Shown: one piece after another, positions 9,772 through 18,955 of the stretch
Layout of the letters: each line of letters starts with the position of its first letter
Numbering within the stretch: position 1 is the first letter of the stretch
Origin: Caldisericaceae bacterium
GTDB lineage: Bacteria > Caldisericota > Caldisericia > Caldisericales > Caldisericaceae
Reading direction: 5' to 3'
Length of the DNA stretch: 42,419 nucleotides
NCBI GenBank assembly: GCA_049967855.1
Contig: JBMFRX010000012.1
Span: 1-42,419 of the forward strand
Position numbers and translations under genes: made by a program
The notes under the pieces: model-generated
What the model was told of the DNA's origin: nothing
What the model saw: only the letters and a program-made list of their open reading frames with translations
Databases searched by the model: none

Positions 9772-11046
9772 TCACCACTGCCTTTTGGCTAACACCTTTT
9801 CCAGGTAATCTCTTCCTTCATACGCTGTATAGAAAAACTCATTCATATTATCAAGGTTTGCCTTAACAGGATTAAAAAGCGACATAGCATACATTTTTTC
9901 TGAACGCTCAAGAATGTACTTTGAAACCATTGGTATATCATCTTCCTGCATCCCGTATGATTTCAAGTCTGTCGGCATATCGAGGTCTTCCAAAAGGTCA
10001 AATGTAGCCTCAATTGAAGCTACCGCAGCGTCCCGTTGCGACATTCCGTAAGTGTCAACTCCCATCGCTTCGGCAATCATAGCAAGCTTATTCTCACCAT
10101 AAGAGCTTTTAAGATTAAACCAGTAAACATACGGCAACAAAACTCCGCAGGCTGCTCCGTGAGGCACATTATATTTTGGCGAAATTCCCTCTGAGGCAGC
10201 GTGTCCAAGAGTAGCAGGCCCTGATACCCAGGGGAAGCTTATTACTATACCACCGAGCGTTGCCGCCATAGCCATATTAGAACGAGCCTCAAGGTTATCT
10301 CCTTCCTGATATGCAGTTCTTAAATTATCCGATACAAGCCCGATGCCTTCAAGTGCAAGTGCATCAGAAAATGCATTTGCCTGCTTTGAAATGACGCCCT
10401 CAGCGCAATGGCTTAAAGCATCCATACCAGTGTTTGCAGTCACTTTAGGAGGCAAACCTATCATAAGAGACGGGTCAATAATGGAAGCTTCTGCAAGTAT
10501 CGCACTGCTTGTAATCCAGGTCTTTGCAGTACCCATATCGTGCTCGGGCACAATCACTACTGCAGTGTTTGAAGCCTCGCTTCCAGTCCCGGCAGTTGTA
10601 GGAATTAGAATTTTCGGCTTTGAATGGGTGAGAGCCTTTGTGCTTGGTGCAAAATAATCTTCCATATGGTCGTCGGTGCCTGCAAAACATGCTGCAATCT
10701 TTGCTCTGTCAAGGCTGCTTCCTCCGCCAATACCCACGATAAGTCCGTAGTCTTTCTTTGAAGCTTCCTGGATTACGAGGTTAACCTGTTCAACAGATGG
10801 TTCTGCAGCTTCTGCCGCATAAACATCCACTGAAAAACCGTGCGATTTGAGCACGCCTGATAACTCATCAACAACACCTGAGCTTTGAAGGAACTTGTCT
10901 GTGATTATAATGACGTCCTTATTCTTTGAAAGTTGAAGAGCCACATCTCCAGCCTGCCCAATGGCACCATAACCGAATGTAATGCGAGGAGGCAGCCTGT
11001 ACTCATCTTTCCTGTTTAGCCAGTAGGTCGAAAAAATGTCTTTCAT
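9772..11046 (-). CDS. Iron-containing (type III) alcohol dehydrogenase
   Basis: GIGGGSSLD, PTTAGTGSE, DALSH and H...H (LGHA...VPHG) metal ligands. Probable start ATG 11046; the ORF track starts at 11070. Confidence 0.9.
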   Translation of the reverse strand: MKDIFSTYWLNRKDEYRLPPRITFGYGAIGQAGDVALQLSKNKDVIIITDKFLQSSGVVDELSGVLKSHGFSVDVYAAEAAEPSVEQVNLVIQEASKKDYGLIVGIGGGSSLDRAKIAACFAGTDDHMEDYFAPSTKALTHSKPKILIPTTAGTGSEASNTAVVIVPEHDMGTAKTWITSSAILAEASIIDPSLMIGLPPKVTANTGMDALSHCAEGVISKQANAFSDALALEGIGLVSDNLRTAYQEGDNLEARSNMAMAATLGGIVISFPWVSGPATLGHAASEGISPKYNVPHGAACGVLLPYVYWFNLKSSYGENKLAMIAEAMGVDTYGMSQRDAAVASIEATFDLLEDLDMPTDLKSYGMQEDDIPMVSKYILERSEKMYAMSLFNPVKANLDNMNEFFYTAYEGRDYLEKVLAKRQW

Positions 11047-11206
11047 ACCATTCCCATCTCCCTTAAGCACTTAGGCTTATTTAAATTATAAAAGACAGTT
11101 TTGCAAATCTAAACAAAAGATGTTTCAAAATCACTTAAACAAGTCAATAAATAAACTTGCCAGATTTTACCACTTCTCTGGAGTTAATGCAACATACATC
11201 AATAAG

Positions 11207-12166
11207 CTAAATAAAAACATTTGCCATTGATATTTCTATGGAACCTGCTTCCCTTACGTCCACCCTCAGCAGCGAAGAATTGCTTATGCCATAAAGCCTC
11301 AAAACGATTTTATCTCCTACCTGCCAGAAAAGCGGTGTACTGGGAAAAGTTTCTGCAGGTTTTCCGTCAATGGTAACTTTCTCAAGGTGAAGGGGCATAA
11401 ATTTATTCTGCAGAGTGATCACTGCTTTATCGCCTGAAATATTTGATTCTTCTTTTACAATTGCTTTTATCAGGTAATCGTTAAAAATAGATTTTCCTTC
11501 GCTTTCCACAGAATGCCTCATAAAGCTCAGGACCTTATCTGAAACATCAGTTATGACTCCAAAAATGTCAAGAGCAAGAAGCCTTTCCACGTCAGCTTTC
11601 TCATTAACAGTCCAGGGAATAGTAATCGACGAAAATCTGCGGTAATCATCAGTTACGTATTCTACCTCGGGCTTCAAAATGTCAATTTCTTTAGCATAAG
11701 CCTCAACGTCTCTTGGTTCGTGCGAATAGAGATAGCCGAATCTTACTTTTGGATGCGATTTCTTGCCTTCAAACAGGCATTTATGGAAGAACGAAGAAAC
11801 GAAAAACCCATCATACGAAAAATCTTCAACAGTTTTTACAACAAGTTCAAAATCAAGAGGGTTTTTAAGCTCGACGTCAACCAGCTTGTTTCTCTCTTTT
11901 GCAAGTGAAAGCACATCTCCCAGAAGCGGCACATTTTCACCCTCAATTTTCTGCAAAAGAAGCTCACTGTAAGAATGGCTTCTAATGCCGAAATCATTGC
12001 CAGTAAGCCTTACGAGGTTTTCATCATGAGATACAACAACAAAACCGTCCGAAGTGACCTGAGTATCAAGCTCAACACCGTCTGCTCCAAACTCAAAGGC
12101 TCTCAAGAAACTTCTAATTGTATTCTCTGGTTCGTAAATGCAACCTCTATGCCCCAACACTTTCAT
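11207..12166 (-). CDS. Glycerophosphodiester phosphodiesterase (GlpQ/UgpQ family) with extra C-terminal beta-rich domain
   Basis: HRG...PENT...GADGVELD...HD, ELK, WTVN and ITD motifs. Start at MKVLGHRG (12166). Confidence 0.88.
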   Translation of the reverse strand: MKVLGHRGCIYEPENTIRSFLRAFEFGADGVELDTQVTSDGFVVVSHDENLVRLTGNDFGIRSHSYSELLLQKIEGENVPLLGDVLSLAKERNKLVDVELKNPLDFELVVKTVEDFSYDGFFVSSFFHKCLFEGKKSHPKVRFGYLYSHEPRDVEAYAKEIDILKPEVEYVTDDYRRFSSITIPWTVNEKADVERLLALDIFGVITDVSDKVLSFMRHSVESEGKSIFNDYLIKAIVKEESNISGDKAVITLQNKFMPLHLEKVTIDGKPAETFPSTPLFWQVGDKIVLRLYGISNSSLLRVDVREAGSIEISMANVFI

Positions 12167-13391
12167 TTTTTGCCTCTCCTCCTCTAACCAACAGCATCGC
12201 AATAAAAGCTAACGCAAAGAAAATAAGCGCAAACGGAAATATGACAAACCTTGTGTTCATCCTGTCAGCAAGTAAACCTGCAAGAGGTGGCGCAATTATG
12301 TTTGCTGCCTGCGAGAACAGATAGTAAAATCCAGTATAGGTACCCTGAGACTTTGTCGGTCCAAGGTCAAGAACCATTGGCAAAGAATTGATATTTATCA
12401 ACGACCAGAAAAATCCTCCAAAAGCAAAAAGATATCTTTGAATGCCAACTGTCTTAAACACGGTAAAAATGCCAAACACAAAAATGAGCCCCAAAATACC
12501 AATCAAAATTGTTCGCCTTCTGCCGAACTTCTTACCAATGTATCCAGACGGCAACGCAAAAATCATAAATACTAAAGAAAATATTCCGAGGTTAAGCTTT
12601 GCCATTTGCTCGCCTGCCAGTGCAGTAAGGCCTGCCTCTTGAGCCATATACACGGCATAAAACGTTTCAATCGAATTGAACGCCACAAACCAGAAAAAAA
12701 TTGCAAAAAGCAAGAAAAACAGGTAACTGTTTTCACGTGAAAAAAGAGCCTTTAAAAGTGACAGGGTGCCTTCTCCTTCGGCAGTTTCTGTGTAAAGGGA
12801 ATCACGCTTTTCTCTTATCGAACCAAAAAGTATAATTGTTGCAAGGACAAGTATAACTGCTGTAATTGCAAAACCCAACTCCCTGTTCACTGAAGAGATT
12901 TTACCAAGAAGAAAATAAACAAGCAGTGACCCAAACCCACCCATAAAATTGATGATACCATTTGCAGGAGACCTTTCTTCTGATGGAACAACATCGGGCA
13001 TCAAAGCTATTACTGGGGCTCTAGCAACTGCCATAGCCACATTCATCCCCATAATAACCAGAAACAGAACATAAAACGGAAGCGTAGAGTAAGCAACAAT
13101 CGGTATAACCAGAAAGAAGAGAGCACCCAATGGTAATCCAGTCAAAATAAAAGGCATCCTTTTCCCGATGGCCGTGTTTGTTCTATCAGAAAGCGCACCT
13201 ATAAAAGGAATGAGTACTATAGCAAGCACATTGTCAAGGTTCATTACCCAACCTGTCAGGTAGTTTGAGAGATGATACCGAGATTGAAGAATAATAGGAA
13301 CATCGGTGTTGTAAAGAGACCACAGAACTGAAATCGCGAAAAATCCCAACCCCAAAATGAAAATTTTGGCAAAACTAACTCTGCGTTTCAT
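12147..13391 (-). CDS. MFS transporter (MalT/SLC45-like glycoside:cation symporter)
   Basis: About 12 TM segments; GALSDRTNTAIGKRMPF, ALMPD and GTYTGFYY. ATG 13391 with AAAGGAGG SD. Confidence 0.85.
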   Translation of the reverse strand: MKRRVSFAKIFILGLGFFAISVLWSLYNTDVPIILQSRYHLSNYLTGWVMNLDNVLAIVLIPFIGALSDRTNTAIGKRMPFILTGLPLGALFFLVIPIVAYSTLPFYVLFLVIMGMNVAMAVARAPVIALMPDVVPSEERSPANGIINFMGGFGSLLVYFLLGKISSVNRELGFAITAVILVLATIILFGSIREKRDSLYTETAEGEGTLSLLKALFSRENSYLFFLLFAIFFWFVAFNSIETFYAVYMAQEAGLTALAGEQMAKLNLGIFSLVFMIFALPSGYIGKKFGRRRTILIGILGLIFVFGIFTVFKTVGIQRYLFAFGGFFWSLININSLPMVLDLGPTKSQGTYTGFYYLFSQAANIIAPPLAGLLADRMNTRFVIFPFALIFFALAFIAMLLVRGGEAKNESVGA

Positions 13392-13451
13392 TTTTCCTCC
13401 TTTGCACATATTATATACTTTTAAACAATGCAGGCAAATGCAAAACTGATT

Positions 13452-14294
13452 TTATTCAGAAACTATTTTTATAACCTCATCTATTAGCCACGAAGGAGTC
13501 GAAGTGCCAGAAGTAATTCCAACTGAGTTACAAGAACCTATATCAATACCCTCTAAGTCGCCCAAAGAATGTATAAAAAAGGAGTGCGGATTAATTGAGC
13601 TTACAATCTCAAAGAGACGCTGAGAGTTTGCACTTGTCTTACCACCAATAACAATCATACAATCGACCTTGCCTGCTAACTCTTTTGCCTCGCTCTGCCG
13701 CATTATTGTCTCGCTACAGATTGTATTAAAGAATCGAAGCTCAGTGGTTTTTTCCAGCAATTTTGCTGCAACGCCAAAGAGCCTATCCTCAGTAGAAGTT
13801 GACTGAGCCACAACAGCAATTTTTGGAACAAAAGAAGCACCTTTCACGGCAGATTCATCGGCGTAAACTCCATAGAGCATATCTTGAGCAGTATCTTTAA
13901 GGACAGTGGTTTCCCGATGATTTTCATCGCCAACTATAGCAATTTTGTAGCCTTGAGCCTTCATATCTTTTATAATTTTAACAGTCCGCTGAACCAGTGG
14001 ACAGGTGGTATCAATGACCTTGGCAAATTTCTTTGAGAACGAAGCTATTTCCTTAGATGTTGCCCCGTGAGCTGGCAGTATAACGACTCCTCCTGAATCA
14101 GCCTGTGAGACTTTCTTTATTCCGATTCCCTCAAGGCGCTTAACCTCCTCCTCGTTGTGGACAATAGAATCAACAGTATACACTTTGCCGCTTGATTTAG
14201 TCTCTCCCTCTGCAAGAGACACTGCTCTGCTTACTCCGCTACAAAAAGCTATATTCCTGGCGACTATAACAGTTCGTTTGCTTTCTCTATGCAT
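13452..14294 (-). CDS. ispH: 4-hydroxy-3-methylbut-2-enyl diphosphate reductase
   Basis: Three [4Fe-4S] Cys (FCSGV, TTCPLV, NTICSET), plus IVHN, AHG, HxE, SANS and GTSTP. Confidence 0.93.
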   Translation of the reverse strand: MHRESKRTVIVARNIAFCSGVSRAVSLAEGETKSSGKVYTVDSIVHNEEEVKRLEGIGIKKVSQADSGGVVILPAHGATSKEIASFSKKFAKVIDTTCPLVQRTVKIIKDMKAQGYKIAIVGDENHRETTVLKDTAQDMLYGVYADESAVKGASFVPKIAVVAQSTSTEDRLFGVAAKLLEKTTELRFFNTICSETIMRQSEAKELAGKVDCMIVIGGKTSANSQRLFEIVSSINPHSFFIHSLGDLEGIDIGSCNSVGITSGTSTPSWLIDEVIKIVSE

Positions 14295-14887
14295 AAGGCT
14301 ATCTCCCTCATTAGATATTCAGTTGACCTTGCAAGGAAATCCTTATCCTTTGGATTAAACACCTTTGAAGGATAGAACGGCTTACCTATAACAACTACCA
14401 CGTGCGATGGCTTAAACATAGTTGCATGCTTTGGCATTGCCTTTTCAACGCCAACTAATCCCATAGGCACTATAGGAACATTCGCTACACTTGCAAGATA
14501 AACAACGCCCTTTTTCCCTTCTCCGAGCACAGCATCCTCGCTTCGAGTGCCTTCTGGAAAAGCAAGCAGCGGATGACCGCTTTTTAATACTTCTATTGCC
14601 TTGCGAAGTGCTTTGATATCCACAGAATACCTGTCTATCGGAATAGCTCCAAGTACACTGTAAAGCCATCTTGCCAACGATTTCTTATCGTAGAGCTCTT
14701 TTTTAGCAAGAGAATACATCCTGCGAGGAAGCACGCGACCAACTACAGGAATATCAAGCCAGCTTCTATGATTTGGCGCTGCTATGAAACCTCCGCTTTC
14801 AGGAATGTTCTCCTGACCAATTATCGTAAGATTAAATAAAACCTTGAAAAGGGGCTTAAGAATGATGTGAAGAATTGCGTATAGCAT
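14264..14887 (-). CDS. plsC: 1-acyl-sn-glycerol-3-phosphate acyltransferase
   Basis: NHRSWLD and FPEGTRS motifs; cmk-plsC-ispH synteny. Start uncertain (14887 or 14902). Confidence 0.92.
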   Translation of the reverse strand: MLYAILHIILKPLFKVLFNLTIIGQENIPESGGFIAAPNHRSWLDIPVVGRVLPRRMYSLAKKELYDKKSLARWLYSVLGAIPIDRYSVDIKALRKAIEVLKSGHPLLAFPEGTRSEDAVLGEGKKGVVYLASVANVPIVPMGLVGVEKAMPKHATMFKPSHVVVVIGKPFYPSKVFNPKDKDFLARSTEYLMREIALCIEKANELL

Positions 14888-15545
14888 AGAGTTTGCCTTC
14901 AAGAAATTGCAATATACTTGTCACAACTTCGTCAACTGCAAGATTGGTAGTGTCAATAACATAAGCATCTTTAGCAACCAAAAGAGGGGAGTTTGTACGA
15001 GAAGAATCAATTAAGTCACGCTCCTTAATATTTGCAAGCACTTCTTCATAGGTCACATTAATCCCTTTTGAAATCAGTTCTTTAAAACGTCTCGCAGCTC
15101 TCTCCTCATCAGTTGCAGTCAAATATACTTTCAATGTGGCGTCACTTAATACTACTGTTCCAATGTCCCTTCCAACCATCACGATGCTTTTGTCATCCGC
15201 AATTCGTCTTAAAACGCTTGTCACCGTGGTTCTCACATTGTCAACCTCCGAGACGGGTGAAACCAGGTCGTCAACAGCCTTAGAATGAAGTTCGTCTGGA
15301 GTTAACACCTTTCCATCCACGATAACATTCTCTCCTGAGAATGAAATTGAAGTTTCAGCCAAAACTGAAAACCATTTTGCCTTATCAGACGTCAATTCCT
15401 TTTCAAGTACAATTAGCGCAGCTACTCTATACAAAAGACCACTATCAATAAAGTCAAAACCAAGCTTTTCGGAAAGAGCTCTCCCAACAGTGCTTTTTCC
15501 AGTGCCTGCTCCACCGTCAATTGCAATTTGGATTTTATTTTTCAT
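14856..15545 (-). CDS. cmk: Cytidylate kinase
   Basis: AIDGGAGTGKST, DSGLLYR, GRDIGTVV, RDxxDSSR. Confidence 0.95.
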   Translation of the reverse strand: MKNKIQIAIDGGAGTGKSTVGRALSEKLGFDFIDSGLLYRVAALIVLEKELTSDKAKWFSVLAETSISFSGENVIVDGKVLTPDELHSKAVDDLVSPVSEVDNVRTTVTSVLRRIADDKSIVMVGRDIGTVVLSDATLKVYLTATDEERAARRFKELISKGINVTYEEVLANIKERDLIDSSRTNSPLLVAKDAYVIDTTNLAVDEVVTSILQFLEGKLYAIRNSSHHS

Positions 15546-15981
15546 TGCGCTCGTAATTGCTTATCTTTGAAAGACGTTGAGAGTGCCTTCCGCCTTCGAA
15601 CTTTGCATTAAGCCAGGTGTTTACAATCTCCTTTGCAACTTCGTCACCAATCACTCTCCCTCCCATACAAAGAATATTCGCATCATTATGCTCTTTAGCA
15701 GCATGGGCTGTGTAAATATCATTACAAAGAGAGGCTCTTATCCCCTTAACTTTGTTTGCAGTGATGCTCATACCTATCCCAGTTCCACAAATGAGTATCC
15801 CTACATCAAAATCACCTCTTGCAACTGCTTCTGCAACAGGGAAAGCATAGTCAGGATAGTCAACCCTATCCTCTGAGTGAGTCCCAAAATCCTCAACAGA
15901 ATAATTCAATTTAATGAGATATTCCTTAATAATTTCTTTAAGCCTAAAGCCTGCATGGTCAGAACCAATTGCCATTTTCAT
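15535..15981 (-). CDS. rpiB: Ribose-5-phosphate isomerase B
   Basis: GSDHAG, DYPD, CGTGIGMSI, HNDAN, FEGGRH. Start at ATG 15981 or TTG 15987. Confidence 0.96.
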   Translation of the reverse strand: MKMAIGSDHAGFRLKEIIKEYLIKLNYSVEDFGTHSEDRVDYPDYAFPVAEAVARGDFDVGILICGTGIGMSITANKVKGIRASLCNDIYTAHAAKEHNDANILCMGGRVIGDEVAKEIVNTWLNAKFEGGRHSQRLSKISNYERNEK

Positions 15982-16039
15982 ATCCAATCAACCTCCTCAT
16001 TATTATAGAATAAAAAGCTGAAATTGATTTACTAATTTA

Positions 16040-17629
16040 CTATTTTGTCTTCTTCCCAATAAATTTTGAGGAAAAAGAAATAAATAATTTAAAACTCACT
16101 GTTTTCAAAAGTGCTGTAAGAAGAATGTAGAAAATCGCAAGCACAATCACAATAAGTGAAAACCGCTCAACAAGAGGTATAAGATTCAAATTCAAAGGAA
16201 TAAATCTCTTTAAAAGGAGTGCAGCAAAACCAACAGCAATTGAAGCAATCGCAATTTTAATTATTTCTATGTATATTATTCTCCCTCTAAAACCCTTGAC
16301 ATAACGCTTTCTCCTGAAATAGATGATATAAAAGAAAAGTGATGCAAAAGTCACTATAGTAGTAGCCAGAGCAATTCCCGAAGCTCCCATATACTTTGCA
16401 AGCACAATATCAAATATCAGGTTTAGTGCGGCACTAATAATACTGATATTCATCGGTGTGCGAATATCTTTAAAAGAGAAAAACACGCGCCTGTATATAT
16501 CTGCAAGGGATATTCCGAAGAGTCCCAGAGAGTACATACTAACGCAGGCAGATGTTATCGCAGTAGAATTTGCATCGAAAGCACCTCTTTGAAAAAGTAT
16601 CTTAACTATCACTGTAGAGTACACGGTGAAAACTGCTGAAATTGGTGCCATAATATATGAAAGCGAAAAGATAGACTTATTAAGTAAGCCGACATAGCCC
16701 TCATTATTCTCTTGCACTGCATACGACGAAAGAGAAGGATACACAGAAACAGCAACCGATGCGGCTAACAATCCATAGGGGATCATATAAACAGTTTGAG
16801 CAAAGTCAAGCCCTGCAATTGCACCTGCTGGTAAGAACGATGCAACAGTCTTATCAGTAATCTGGTATATGACACTCATTCCAGAAATAACTATCGCAGG
16901 AAACATTAACCTTGTAAATTCACCAATATCTGCCCAATTTATCTTTCTCACGTCAAAACGCTTAAAGAAACCCCACCGTATCGCAAGAAACAGATACAGC
17001 GGCATAAAATATAGAAGCCCGAAGGCATCTTGTCCTACAACTTTACTGTATATCCCAATAGAAGGAGAAAAAAGCCAGATTGAAAAAGGAACAGATACAT
17101 TCGCCAGAAGCCCTATCAAAGCTGGATAGAAAAATTGTTTTTCAACCTGGAAAACTCCCGTAAAAAACCCCACCATTATGTTCAAGTATCCAAAGATAGC
17201 AAGATACTTTGTAAAAGAAGAGGCAAGCGCAAGCCTGTCTCCTGTAAAACCAAAGGCTACAAGTTTCACCGAGAACCTGCTAAAAATAACAAGCAACGCG
17301 GTAATTACAAGAAGAACTAATGAGAAAACAAAGAAAATCTGGTTGATAAAAACGCGAGCTTTATCAAAGCCCTGTTCTTTCTTCTCTGCGTACATCCTTA
17401 TGGCAATCGCCTGCATCCCGCCTGAGAAAAGACCAAGCACCATTGTGGGAATAAGCGATGCAACAACAAATGCGTCAACTTGATACGATGTTCCAAAATA
17501 CTTTGCGCTCAGGACATCTCTTGCATAACCCACAACCTTGCTCAAGAGCGCTATTACAGAAATAATAATGGTAGCTTCGGTTATTGTCTGCTTCCTTAAT
17601 ATTCTTGCATTTCTAATTTTCGAAAACAA
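16040..17629 (-). CDS. murJ: Lipid II flippase MurJ/MviN
   Basis: LLSKVVGYARD...FG...DAF, LFQRGAFD and FFSFKDIRTP; about 14 TM segments; TTG start with AGGAGG SD. Confidence 0.9.
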   Translation of the reverse strand: MFSKIRNARILRKQTITEATIIISVIALLSKVVGYARDVLSAKYFGTSYQVDAFVVASLIPTMVLGLFSGGMQAIAIRMYAEKKEQGFDKARVFINQIFFVFSLVLLVITALLVIFSRFSVKLVAFGFTGDRLALASSFTKYLAIFGYLNIMVGFFTGVFQVEKQFFYPALIGLLANVSVPFSIWLFSPSIGIYSKVVGQDAFGLLYFMPLYLFLAIRWGFFKRFDVRKINWADIGEFTRLMFPAIVISGMSVIYQITDKTVASFLPAGAIAGLDFAQTVYMIPYGLLAASVAVSVYPSLSSYAVQENNEGYVGLLNKSIFSLSYIMAPISAVFTVYSTVIVKILFQRGAFDANSTAITSACVSMYSLGLFGISLADIYRRVFFSFKDIRTPMNISIISAALNLIFDIVLAKYMGASGIALATTIVTFASLFFYIIYFRRKRYVKGFRGRIIYIEIIKIAIASIAVGFAALLLKRFIPLNLNLIPLVERFSLIVIVLAIFYILLTALLKTVSFKLFISFSSKFIGKKTK

Positions 17630-17700
17630 TCTTTGCCTCCTGGCTTCCCGATTATTTTATCAAAAAAATAAATTAAACAAAATGGCTAATTGAAAAACTC

Positions 17701-17728
17701 TTGATTTTATTCAAAGTTTATTTACAAT
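17701..17728 (+). promoter_or_regulatory. Putative sigma70 promoter of tyrS
   Basis: TTGATT-N16-TACAAT, shortly upstream of the GGAGG SD. Confidence 0.45.
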
Positions 17729-17749
17729 ATTGAAACACTGGAGGAAAAA

Positions 17750-18955
17750 ATGTTAGAAGAGTCATTTACCAAAATAAAGAAAAAAACTGTTGAAATAATA
17801 AACGAGAACGAACTCAGAGAGAGGCTTGCCTCCCAAAAAGTGCTCAGAGTGAAACTTGGAGCAGACCCGACAGCACCAGACCTGCACCTGGGGCACTATG
17901 TTGTTCTGAGAAAACTCAGGGACTTTCAGGAACTGGGGCACAAAGTAGTTTTCATTATAGGAGATTTTACAGGCTTAGTCGGCGACCCTTCAGGAAGGTC
18001 AAAAACAAGGCCAGCGCTCACTAAAGAGCAAATAGAATCGAATGCTAAAACTTACTTCGAGCAGGTTTTCAGCATTCTTGATAAGGAAAAAACTGAAGTC
18101 CGATTCAATTCCGAATGGCTTTCGAAAATAACATTCGAGCAATGGTTTAGGATTTGCTCTAATTTTACTCTGGCAAGAATCCTCGAAAGAGACGACTTTC
18201 TTAATAGATTCAATGCTGACATTCCCATTTTTTTCCATGAACTCTTCTACCCTATAATGCAGGCATATGATTCAGTTGCAATAGAAGCTGATGTCGAATT
18301 GGGTGGAACCGACCAGAAGTTTAACCTTTTAATGGGGCGAAGGTTACAGGAAGCAAAAGGAATGGCTCCACAAATTGCTATGATTATGCCCATACTCAGA
18401 GGTTTGGATGGAGAACAAAAAATGAGCAAGAGTTTGGGCAATTACATAGGAATAACAGAGAATCCTGACTCAATGTATGGTAAAGTTATGTCAATCCCCG
18501 ACGGGCTGATTGCTGAGTATTATTTTCTTGTGCTCGATAAGAGTGAAGAAGAAGCAAAAGAAATAGAAGATAAAATAAAGTCGGGCAAAGAAAACCCAAT
18601 GCTCTTAAAGAAAAATCTCGCCAGGGAAATTGTCAAATTGTTCCATTCAGAAAAAGAAGCTCAAGAGGCAGAGGAGAATTTTACGAGAATATTCAGCAGG
18701 AGAGAGCTTCCAGAGGATGCAAGTGAACTTGACCTTACAGCATACTCAACTGATGGCTCTGTTGACATAACCGAAATATTAACATCTCTAAACATAGTTG
18801 AGTCAAAATCTGAAGTTAAGCGCCTTATTCAGCAAGGTGCCATTAAGATAAACAACGAAAGAGTGGAAGATTTCAGAAAACCTTTGAAAGTAAATAACGG
18901 CGATATTTTGAGGGTTGGCAAGAAGCAATTCTTTAAAATCATAGTAACCAAGTGA
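17750..18955 (+). CDS. tyrS: Tyrosine--tRNA ligase
   Basis: DPTAPDLHLGH (HIGH), ELGGTDQKFN, KMSKS, C-terminal S4 domain. Confidence 0.97.
   Translation: MLEESFTKIKKKTVEIINENELRERLASQKVLRVKLGADPTAPDLHLGHYVVLRKLRDFQELGHKVVFIIGDFTGLVGDPSGRSKTRPALTKEQIESNAKTYFEQVFSILDKEKTEVRFNSEWLSKITFEQWFRICSNFTLARILERDDFLNRFNADIPIFFHELFYPIMQAYDSVAIEADVELGGTDQKFNLLMGRRLQEAKGMAPQIAMIMPILRGLDGEQKMSKSLGNYIGITENPDSMYGKVMSIPDGLIAEYYFLVLDKSEEEAKEIEDKIKSGKENPMLLKKNLAREIVKLFHSEKEAQEAEENFTRIFSRRELPEDASELDLTAYSTDGSVDITEILTSLNIVESKSEVKRLIQQGAIKINNERVEDFRKPLKVNNGDILRVGKKQFFKIIVTK

Noticed and set aside
13452..14294. ispH-rpsA fusion as often found after cmk-plsC
   Set aside because: The ORF ends at 280 aa with no S1 domains, and the next gene is an MFS transporter.
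17630..17749. T-box riboswitch upstream of tyrS
   Set aside because: Only 120 bp, AT-rich, shared with divergent murJ; no T-box motif or terminator.
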